DNA from: Blastocladiella emersonii ATCC 22665
Taxonomy: Eukaryota > Fungi > Blastocladiomycota
NCBI GenBank assembly: GCA_025594325.1
Contig: JANHCV010000002.1
Location: 1,674,001-1,738,000, forward strand
Length of the DNA: 64,000 nucleotides
Direction of reading: 5' to 3'
Shown here: positions 10,001 through 17,191 of the stretch, in pieces
Position numbering within the stretch: position 1 is the stretch's first letter
Layout: the number at the start of each line of letters is the position of its first letter
Position numbers and translations under genes: made by a program
The notes under the pieces: generated by a model
Databases searched by the model: none
The model's input: the letters and a program-made list of their open reading frames with translations, nothing else
Told to the model about the DNA's origin: nothing

Positions 10001-10857
10001 GCCTCGGGCGGGCCGTGTGCCTCGTCCCACGCGAGCGGGTCGAGGTCGACGCGCGGTGCGACCGTGGCCACCGTGACGCGCTGGGCGGGCGGGCACCCGC
10101 AGCGACCAGTGCACGCGCCGTCAATCGCGACCGTGGCCGAGCGCGGATCCGGCTTCGCGCCGTTCGCGACCATCCATTCGAGTCCCATGATCACCGGAAA
10201 CGCGGGAGAGTCGACGACGAGGAAGCGCGCGACCGAGCAATGAAGGCACGGAATGTCGATGGCGCGACCCGCGTCTCCCACCACGCGCTTCTGCTTGGAC
10301 GCGTCGCCGGGAGGCACGACGCCGTCCGCGAACACGGTTTGGGATCCCGCGACCGCCGCGTGCAGGAACTCGGGCGACGTGACGGACACGGCCGCGTGCA
10401 CGTAATGCGAGATGTACTGGCGCTGGCCCGGCGCGGAACCGACGACACCGCGGAGGTCGATGCGACGCGCTAGGCGCTTCGGCACGAGCCCGGCCTGCTC
10501 GGCCACCCTGCGGCTGATCAGGTTAACCGGCGCGCCCGTGTCGAGCATCATGAACGTCGGGATCGGCGCCGTGCGGAGCCCTGGATGCGCGAGGAGCCCG
10601 CCGAGGTGCTGGTGGTCCTGCGCCATCTCTAGACGCACAAGTGCACCAAAGTACGCAGCAACAGATTTTCCATTAGTCTTCTTATCATTCATGTTTTGTT
10701 TCTTCTTTTTGTTCATTTTTTTCTTCTTGTCGGCGGGCACCGACATCTTATCCGCGGCGGCGGCCGCCGTGGCCATCGCCGTTGTACCACCCAAATCCGC
10801 AGGTTTTGGCTTCGAGGACGTCGCGGCCTGCTCCGCTACGCCCGACTGGCGTTTCCC
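7024..10857 (-). CDS. pol: Pol: aspartic protease, RT, RNase H, integrase and chromodomain
   Basis: LDTGA; YLDDILI; VEADAS; HHCC motif; MDFIT/SDRGSQF/QTERMN; GPKY; chromodomain EEWTVEAIRDARK...YLLKWHG...NTWEP. Confidence 0.97.
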   Translation of the reverse strand, partial: GKRQSGVAEQAATSSKPKPADLGGTTAMATAAAAADKMSVPADKKKKMNKKKKQNMNDKKTNGKSVAAYFGALVRLEMAQDHQHLGGLLAHPGLRTAPIPTFMMLDTGAPVNLISRRVAEQAGLVPKRLARRIDLRGVVGSAPGQRQYISHYVHAAVSVTSPEFLHAAVAGSQTVFADGVVPPGDASKQKRVVGDAGRAIDIPCLHCSVARFLVVDSPAFPVIMGLEWMVANGAKPDPRSATVAIDGACTGRCGCPPAQRVTVATVAPRVDLDPLAWDEAHGPPEAPDDAAPKRVLPAKYLKWAHVFDAAAASALPPHRPYDCEIELVEGAKVPFLPVYALSQPELEELRKTIDENLARGFIRPSRSPAGAPIMFVPKKDGSRRMCVDYRRLNALTVKNRYALPLIAELMNQVQGARIFTKFDLRGAYNLVRIREGDEWKTAFRTRYGHYEWMVMPFGLTNAPAAFQAFVNDVFRDLLDRRGVLVYLDDILIFSEDPEEHTALVKEVLQRLADNKLYVKLEKCEFDVTRVEYLGHILTTEGVEMDPAKVRAVTEWPAPRTVKEVQAFLGLANYYRRFIPEFSELTIPLTRLTQKDTPWRWGDTEAAAFAAIKTRFASDQFLAHPDPSKQFIVEADASNFAIGCVLSQVDNEGTLRPVAFHSRALKAAELNYPILDKELLAIKVAFEIWRHHLEGAQHPVEVYTDHKNLEHFRTMTVESQRHARWALFLERFSFRFTYRPGAINGRADALSRRADYELFDNPMLGRAVVPASALTVAATAAASAPLVAGTQGDDVLAAIRDGLAEDELAQSMQRNSGKHPSLTMDLDGFVWRDDRLYVPSGVARTRVIEEAHATRVAGHFGVQRTIEKVSRSYWWPGMRKVIERFVKSCLTCARAKVPRHRPDGELQPLPTPPRPWSSISMDFITDLPRSKGHTCIMVVVDRFSKMTHFIPLAALPTAATTADAFIEHVVRPHGLPDDIVSDRGSQFTSRFWSAMCESLEIKAKLSTAYHPQTDGQTERMNQTLEVYLRMFANEDQSNWAELLRYAEMAINNTVNESTGMSPFKANYAFDPRLSAAPVRSDRVPSAAALAERIADVQGKLREKVERAKELYKKHADRRCREGPDYKVGDMVLLSTKNLRVNVPKAKLGPKYTEPLKIVRLIRKSAVELELPPTMARVHPVFHVSLIKPIDEHDEEAFPGRALPPPTPYAVNGHEEWTVEAIRDARKVGRSVEYLLKWHGCPEDDNTWEPYANLKHLELLAEFHAQNPSKPDPRRGKGR

Positions 10858-11912
10858 GACGACGAGCGCGGGGGCGACGGGCAATCAGCCGCCTTGTGGC
10901 CGTAGCCCTTGCAGTTGTAGCACTTGATGTCGGTGAGGGCGCGGCCCTGGTGCGCCGCCGCCCGCTGCCGAATCGCGCCAACGTCCATGGCGTCCGGGTC
11001 CGGGACGAGCTCGGCCGCGACGCCCGTCGCCCCGCCCTCGTGCACCAGGAAGTGCTCGACCATCTTGTCGAAACGGTAGCCCTTGCGCAGCGAGGCGAAG
11101 GCCACGTCCGCGGCCAGCGGCGAGTTGCCGGCCGTGACCACCAGGTAGAACTGCATCGCCAGCTCGCTGAGCGCGCGGTAGCCTGCACCGGACGCGGTCT
11201 GGCGGAACTTGGAGACGAAATCGCGCGCCGGCATGGCGCCGCGCACGTACTTGAGGTTCTTGAGCTCGTGCGCGTACTCGGTCTCCGACTTCTCGGCCGG
11301 CTGCGTTGACTTGACGAGGGAGATGTAGGCGTTGAACGAGCCGTAGTCCTCAAACTTGGACCCGGCCATCGCCAGCTCCACGGCCTTGAGCACCTTGCCT
11401 GTCAGCTTGCCGTGGAAGTGCGCAATCTTGAACTTCTCCGGGACGTTGAACGTGAGCTGGAGGATGCTCTCGTACTGCGTGATGGCGCTCTTGACCTTGA
11501 AGTTGACGCCGTCAACCGAATTCATGCGCATCAGCGCGTGCATCGCGGCCGGCGTGAAGCCATCAACGCCCACGCCCGGCCCGCGCGCGCTGCTGACCTG
11601 GATGCTGTCGAGCTCGCCCTGCAGGATACCGTTGAGCGGCTGGCTCTGCTGCGTCTGCCGCAGCTCGACCTCGAGCGCATACGCGCGGCGCTCCGCCGTC
11701 TCGGCGCGCCGCTCGGCCGCGACCGCGCGGGCCTCGGTCGACACGCCCAGTTGCCAGTAGTCGCTGGCGACGTTGAGCGCGAGGAAGACGAGCTTGGCTT
11801 TGTCCTCGTACGGCATGACCAGGTCGCGCCACGGCGCGAGCTGGTACTCGGGGACAATGGCCGCAACGTCAAACGTCGCCAGCTTTTCGAGGAACTGTGC
11901 CGGCGTTATCAT
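10836..11912 (-). CDS. gag: Gag with a coiled coil and a C-terminal CCHC zinc knuckle
   Basis: KCYNCKGYGHKAADC near the C-terminus; first ATG inside the element at 11912 (MITPAQ). Confidence 0.9.
   Translation of the reverse strand: MITPAQFLEKLATFDVAAIVPEYQLAPWRDLVMPYEDKAKLVFLALNVASDYWQLGVSTEARAVAAERRAETAERRAYALEVELRQTQQSQPLNGILQGELDSIQVSSARGPGVGVDGFTPAAMHALMRMNSVDGVNFKVKSAITQYESILQLTFNVPEKFKIAHFHGKLTGKVLKAVELAMAGSKFEDYGSFNAYISLVKSTQPAEKSETEYAHELKNLKYVRGAMPARDFVSKFRQTASGAGYRALSELAMQFYLVVTAGNSPLAADVAFASLRKGYRFDKMVEHFLVHEGGATGVAAELVPDPDAMDVGAIRQRAAAHQGRALTDIKCYNCKGYGHKAADCPSPPRSSSGNASRA
10851..10857 (-). promoter_or_regulatory. Putative -1 ribosomal frameshift heptamer G GGA AAC joining gag and pol
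   Basis: X XXY YYZ pattern in the gag frame (S-G-N); a -1 slip gives G-K-R-Q-S of pol. Confidence 0.8.
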
Positions 11913-11955
11913 TTTGCCGTCGTGGAAGAAATCACCGCTCGGAGGGGGTTTTACG

Positions 11956-11964
11956 GTGATACAA
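11956..11964 (-). promoter_or_regulatory. Self-priming PBS (TTGTATCAC) complementary to GTGATACAA inside the LTR (12028-12036)
   Basis: Perfect 9-bp inverted match; no TGG tRNA-type PBS next to the 5' LTR. Confidence 0.65.
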
Positions 11965-11966
11965 AG

Positions 11967-12140
11967 TGTAAGGTGCCGAGGGGGAGGGTCTTGTGCCACG
12001 AGGAATGACTAGCCGGATAATGAAGGATTGTATCACGAATGACAAGAGAGAGGGAGAGCGAGGGCAACGCTCGGCTTATGAGGGACTGCGCCACCAGCCC
12101 GCGCCACCAGCCCAAGCCGTCGGATCACTGAACCGTGACA
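11967..12140 (-). repeat. 5' LTR (174 bp)
   Basis: Direct repeat of 6850-7023, followed by the TSD TACTC at 12141-12145. Confidence 0.97.
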
Positions 12141-12404
12141 TACTCGTGCAACCTTGGCACCTGGCTTGCGGACAACATGTACAGCGCGTATCCACAAGAC
12201 AACGGCGTACTTTGTAGCATCCACGTCACGCAACCCTTTGGCAGCTGGTTTGAGCATCGACCACACATGGGTGACTACTTTTGCTTTGACGCGCAGGGAC
12301 AGGCCCAGCAGATTGACTGTATTGACATTGACGTGGTAGACGAGAACCTGCGCTCTGTCAACTTTCTCGGCCAACCCTTCTACGTTGAGCTCGCGTTCAT
12401 CTGA
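12141..12404 (+). pseudogene. Minor capsid protein (penton), 3' part
   Basis: Continues in frame once the element is removed: YSCNLG...IDIDVVDENLRSVNFLGQPFYVELAFI*, a typical penton C-terminus. Confidence 0.85.
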
Positions 12405-12435
12405 CGTTGACTTTAATTGTTGTTGTACTGTAAAC

Positions 12436-12537
12436 ATGATCCTTGAGACGCTCCTTGTTGCCACCAACGCCCTGATCCTCGTAGCCAACCTGGCCATTGT
12501 CTGGTACACGAGCAAAGTATTCCGCGCCGTAGAGTAA
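12436..12537 (+). CDS. 33-aa single-pass membrane microprotein (viral)
   Basis: MILETLLVATNALILVANLAIVWYTSKVFRAVE*; preceded by the shared TGTTG-N8-TAAAC motif. Confidence 0.65.
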   Translation: MILETLLVATNALILVANLAIVWYTSKVFRAVE

Positions 12538-12545
12538 GCAACGAC

Positions 12546-12743
12546 ATGTGCTTTAAATTCTTTCTGCAAAGGCATAGTAAGACACAGGACAATGAATACT
12601 GGCTCTACTGCATCAACGCCCCGCGCACCTTCCACGAGCATCCCTTGGACTGGCCATCTGGGCCCCCAGTCGACAGCCAACTACACAGCCATCTGCGACG
12701 TGGCCCTGCCAGGTGCCAAGGTTGTGTACACTGTCTGCTTTGA
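12546..12743 (+). CDS. Small Cys/His-rich viral ORF, 65 aa, uncertain
   Basis: Follows the 33-aa ORF after 8 bp; ends CQGCVHC; no upstream motif. Confidence 0.35.
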   Translation: MCFKFFLQRHSKTQDNEYWLYCINAPRTFHEHPLDWPSGPPVDSQLHSHLRRGPARCQGCVHCLL

Positions 12744-12797
12744 ATAGATCCTTCAAGTTAACTTGGTTAGCTACCTTGAAGCCTTTACTGGTCGCTC

Positions 12798-12950
12798 TCA
12801 GACTACCCGGCGGTATGTGTACTTGTGCCCGCAGCACGGGTACACAACTTGGACCCACAGCAGCTCATTGTCGTAGACCCAGCTGGGAGCATTGTAGTGA
12901 TTGCATGGCGGCTTGGGCAGGGGGACGATCTCTTTGATACAGCCTTGCAT
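12798..12950 (-). CDS. 50-aa Cys-containing viral ORF
   Basis: MQGCIKEIVPLPKPPCNHYNAPSWVYDNELLWVQVVYPCCGHKYTYRRVV*; preceded by TGTTG-N8-TAATT. Confidence 0.55.
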   Translation of the reverse strand: MQGCIKEIVPLPKPPCNHYNAPSWVYDNELLWVQVVYPCCGHKYTYRRVV

Positions 12951-13180
12951 AATTACAGTAGTCCAACAAAGTTTAAATTGACAAACGCATTCAACGCACT
13001 TGGCATGACGTAGCAACGGGACACACTATGACATTGACATAAAGTAGAAATAAGGGGTGCTCCGCCCTGTCCAGGAAGCGTTGGCCAAGCGCCTCCCAGG
13101 CTGCTCCATGCTGGAGGTCTCCTTTCATGGTGGCCAGCCACTAATCAGAGTTCCAACACGGAGCAGGCATCATTGCTAAT

Positions 13181-13325
13181 ACTCATCGAACCACACAGCG
13201 CCAACACACCCAAAAGACTCATTGAACCACACAGCGCCAACACACCCAAAAGACTCATTGAACCACACAGCGCCAACACACCCAAAAGACTCATCGAACC
13301 ACACAGCGCCAACACACCCAAAAAG
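13181..13325. repeat. Tandem repeat, 4 x 36 bp
   Basis: actcat(c/t)gaaccacacagcgccaacacacccaaaag starting at 13181, 13217, 13253 and 13289; no spacers. Confidence 0.95.
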
Positions 13326-13692
13326 AGAGAGAGATAGGAATGGATCAAAGAGCACTGCATGGGTAGCTAATCCAAGCAGCGCCCACAATCCAGACCAAGA
13401 CAGGGGATAACCAAGTCATTGCCGTGCACATACAGATGACTCAGCAGATCCCAAGCCAAAGGAATAGGGAAGTGGCCACCCGCAATGTCGGCCATGCACC
13501 CATACCAGAAGCCTACTGTGAGCGTTGGGCGCATTGCAAAGATGGCCTATACAATCAGAGTAGGGCTTGAGGCAGTGAATCTGTGACATGGCTTTCATGG
13601 TGAGTGGCAAAGAGCAGCTCTCAGGGCAGGGGGAGTGGGGGGTTCTTATAGGGCCAGGGTTAGCGCTAAATCCTCAGGCACAGGGCCCTGAT

Positions 13693-13935
13693 CTGGCACC
13701 CCCGACGTGACCCCCCGCCTGACCCCCTGCCTGACCCCCCGCGTGACCCCTGCCTGACCCCAGACCTGACCCCCGCCCTGGCACCCCAGACCTGGCACCC
13801 TGACCTGGCACCCTGACCTGACCCCCCGACCTGGCACCCCAGACCTGGCACCCCAGACCTGGCACCCCAGACCCTCCATGACCCGGCACCCCTGACCTGG
13901 CACCCCAGACCTGGCACCCCAGACCCTCCATGACC
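13693..13935. repeat. C-rich minisatellite of ~12-bp (tgacccccc-cc) and 14-bp (acctggcaccccag) units
   Basis: Direct inspection. Confidence 0.9.
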
Positions 13936-14092
13936 TGCCACGCTGCCTTCCTGCTAAGACGCTGTCTGCTAAGACGCTCCTCTGCCTTTGACCTTGTACC
14001 TTGACCCTGTCCTGCCCAATACATTGATGCTGCTAAGGACGCTCCCCCGTCCTCAACCTCCCCCCCGTACCCTGACCTCTGTCTCTGACAAT

Positions 14093-14160
14093 CTCCACTT
14101 TCATGGCAAAAAAGGGTAGTGTATATGTATACCCTGTCGTAATATGCCATGAAAGTGGAG
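14093..14160. repeat. Hairpin with perfect 16-bp arms and an inner 6-bp stem
   Basis: ctccactttcatggca (14093-14108) / tgccatgaaagtggag (14145-14160); inner agggta/taccct. Confidence 0.9.
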
Positions 14161-14460
14161 GTTGGCGCGGTGAGTGGCTTCATAGCAGCCGCTTGCGGCA
14201 GGTGGTTGGGGACGGGCTTGGGGGTCAGGTCAGGGACCAGACCAGGGAACTCTGTCAGTGGGTAGCTGCAGCTGCGCTGCTCTTCGTCTCGCTGCGCTCG
14301 CTGGCCGCCGCCGACCGCTCGGGGTAAGCAATGGTCAGCCCAAGGGGTTGGTCAGGGACTGGCTTGGGGGTCAGGTCAAGGACTCACTCCTTGACCACTT
14401 GCCCCCTCCCTTCCACCCACCCTCCCGCCCACCTGCTTTGGCCTTCGGCCTCCGTCCGCG

Positions 14461-14639
14461 TGTCGTGTTCCCTAAGGGAACACGACATTTGAATCCGACA
14501 TATTATTAACCACCTGGGGTAAGCAACTGGGTCTCACGTGGTTACCCCAAGTGACTGCCACCAACCGCTCGGGGTAAGCAATTGGTCAGCCCGAGTGGCA
14601 GTGGGTCAGCCCATGTCGTATCCCTTAAGGGATACGACA
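14461..14639. repeat. Two related palindromes at the element end
   Basis: TGTCGTGTTCCC-TAA-GGGAACACGACA (14461-14487) and the perfect TGTCGTATCCCTTAAGGGATACGACA (14614-14639). Confidence 0.92.
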
Positions 14640-14895
14640 GCTGTTCCTCCACAGTACCAACCTTACAGATATTGGCGTCACGGCTCTGATTGAGCACCAG
14701 TCGCTGCGACTCATGGACTTGAATCTCGCCGGTTCTACGCTTAGCGACGCGACAATCAAGCTCGTTCTTGCGAGCATGCCAGAGACTCTACGCTGGGTCA
14801 GTTTGGCCAGCGTGACCGATTCTGCCACAGGCGAGCTGGTCGACGTCACGCAGTATCATCCCGGCCTGCATCCTGAGTTCATTTTGGACGATTAG
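14638..14895 (+). pseudogene. 3' fragment of a host LRR gene truncated at the viral junction
   Basis: QLFLHSTNLTDIGVTALI...MDLNLAGSTLS...LRWVSLASVTDSATGELVDV aligns with the C-termini of the LRR genes at 15241 and 22923. Confidence 0.75.
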
Positions 14896-15240
14896 ATTTG
14901 ATTACTTTTTGTTTAATATAACCAGTCACGGAGCGAATCGAGTGATACTGACGGTCGCCTGTTTAATTTGAATACTTCGCTGTAGCAAGCGCTCAACGCG
15001 TAGTTTAATACCTTGAGCATTACCGCCCCGAGCAGGCTGGCATGGGGCTGATTGGGGCCATGTTTACTAGGCGGTTGGTGATCCCTCTCGCAGCGGGGGA
15101 ATATTCGGATGCTGAGGAGAGCGACACGGCCGACGCTACGCGTCGCGCCACACAGCTGAGCTCCACAAGGCTCGCGTTGACCAACTCGTTGACCGACTCG
15201 TTGCGGCTTGCTCCTGGTGCGCCGCATGAAACCCACAAAA

Positions 15241-16745
15241 ATGAATCCAATGGAAACACAACTTGCTGCAATGCCACTGCCGGACATGGTTATTGATCGC
15301 ATTTTATGCTACTCCGTTTGGGCGAGTGACCCTAACAACTTCAACCAAATGGCTCAATACGGCTGCGTCTTGCTTCGCGACGCAGCTCCCTGCGCCCACC
15401 GCGCGATCCGGGAGCACCTACTCTCTGACTCCATGGACGAAGCCAGTGCGGCAGGGCTTTTGCGCGTCCTCGACATGTGGCGCCAGTCCAGGAAACCGCT
15501 TGTGTACTCTGCGCGCGCCATCACCGGCGCGGCATCGTTGTACAAGACACTCGACTGGTGGCGCCACTCCGGGCTTCCGCTTCCCGATTGTACTGTTGGG
15601 CGCATGGTTCAAGTCCACTTCAATGGGGATTGCTGCTACCTTTATCCGCGCGGTCGTGACAATTTTGTGCGTAAACACTCGCCTTGTGCACTTGAGTAAC
15701 CTGTTGAGACTCACTTTGCTCGATGCTGCCGCTTGTAATATAGCAACTTGAGCGCCACAACAGTCCACCCGGCGACGCCTTCATCGCTACGGTGCTTCCT
15801 GAAGTGCGCGGCGGCTGCGAAGATCCGGACTTGGTAGATTACAGTGGAGGGCGCATCACTACGTTGGGCGCAACTGCTCTCGCTGACGCCATGGCTGCAC
15901 CGTTCGCCAATGTTGAGTACATCACTTTCGAGTGCTGCGACATCACGTTCCCTGTTCTTTGCGCGCTGCGCGTGCCCAAGTCGGTCATCGAGCTCGATCT
16001 CAGCCATAACTGGATAAGCGAGGGCGCTGCCAACTTTGCCCAGGCGCACGACAATATCCCACCCTTTCCAGAGGACCTACGGGACCTTCACATTCAGCAC
16101 AACATTTTGGGGGATCCTCGGGACGTTGAGGTTCTGTTCCGCTCTCTGCCGCTGGTGCTAAATGCTCTCAATCTGAAGGGTACTCGCCTTGGTACCGATT
16201 ACACGCAGTTTCTCGCCCGCCACCTCCCACAATCGCTTGAAAGGTTGTATTTGTGCAACTGCCAGATTGGCTCGGAGGGCATGGAAGTGCTCGCACCTCG
16301 GCTTCCGCGCACTCTCAGCTCACTTGATTTATCCTCGAACGATATCACAGCAGTGGGTGCTGCGCATCTCGCCCAATTTTTCCCACCCTCGATTTTCAGC
16401 ATTACACTCAATCGAAACCCACTTGGCGACGAGGGAATCGCGACTCTCTCCAGGTGTTTATCAACGGTCACGCACTCAATCGACCTCTGCGACACGGCCA
16501 TGACCGAAGTTGGCGCCGCCGCGATCACCAAGAGCCTGCACCGGGGTCTGGCGTCACTTGATGTCGCTGGTGCAATGCTCAGTTACGAGGCTCTCAAGCG
16601 CGTATGTGAGCGCGTCCCAAAGCGCTTGTACTGGCTTGGAGTTTTCAACGTGATCGACCCCGAAACTGGTTGCCAAGTCGATGCCCCGCGGCTCGTCCGC
16701 GAGGTGAAGCCCACTTTTCGCCTCCTGTGTAGCGAGACTCCGTAA
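15241..16745 (+). CDS. LRR (RNI-like) protein with an N-terminal F-box-like/ankyrin-like 'LDWW..SGL' region; intron 15667-15743
   Basis: Exon 1 LPDMVIDRIL...LDWWRHSGL; GTGCGT...TAG intron joins RDNF to QLERHNSPPGDAF; LxxLxLxxNxI repeats. Confidence 0.8.
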
Positions 16746-17191
16746 TTGTTCCAGCGCCGAGTCTTGCGAGCGGCGCTAACTCAATAAGATGTTGATTTTC
16801 TGTCGTTGAACTTACTGGAAGATGAGAGGGGATGCGACGAGTCCCCTGCCGGATCTCAACTGGCGCGAGACACGCTTCGGGCGAATGTGAGACGCGTCGA
16901 TCAAACACGTGAGCCGTTTCCGCCGCATTTCCCCGCAACCCTCCAAACCAGCCTCCGAATCTTCCACAGTTTTGATCCGGTCTCGAAGAACGGACACCAT
17001 CCTTGGAACCACACTGAACCTTCTGCATGAAACGTCAGGAACGCGAGCAACGACGCACGGACCTTGCCCGAACCGTCGCAAGCTCCAGGGGCGGCGGCGC
17101 CACAACCCGCCCAAGCGCCTGGCTCGCCGTCGTCCTCACGGCCTTGTGCGGCCCCGCGCGAGTCCCCCGCTCCTTCTCACCGACGAAACGA

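Larger units (their letters stand above)
6850..12140 (-). mobile_element. Full-length Ty3/gypsy chromovirus LTR retrotransposon (Tf1/sushi-like), apparently intact
   Basis: 174-bp TG...CA LTRs, 5-bp TSD TACTC on both sides, open gag and pol ORFs, PPT next to the left (3') LTR. Confidence 0.97.
1..14639. mobile_element. Endogenous Polinton-like virus / virophage-type element, right part; left end outside the window; contains a nested LTR retrotransposon
   Basis: Compact intronless cluster of packaging ATPase, MCP, penton and fibre with a shared upstream motif. Visibly lower GC than the host genes. Repeat-rich non-coding end abuts a truncated host LRR gene at ~14640. Confidence 0.9.

Noticed and set aside
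11950-11966. tRNA-Met primer-binding site
   Set aside because: The sequence next to the LTR is CTTTGTATCACC, not TGGTATCAGAGC; it matches the LTR itself instead.
13181-13325. 36-bp repeats as a CRISPR array
   Set aside because: The units are directly adjacent with no spacers, the context is eukaryotic and there are no cas genes.
13693-13935. C-rich repeats as a chromosomal telomere
   Set aside because: Mixed 12-14-bp units, not TTAGGG-like, and internal to the contig.
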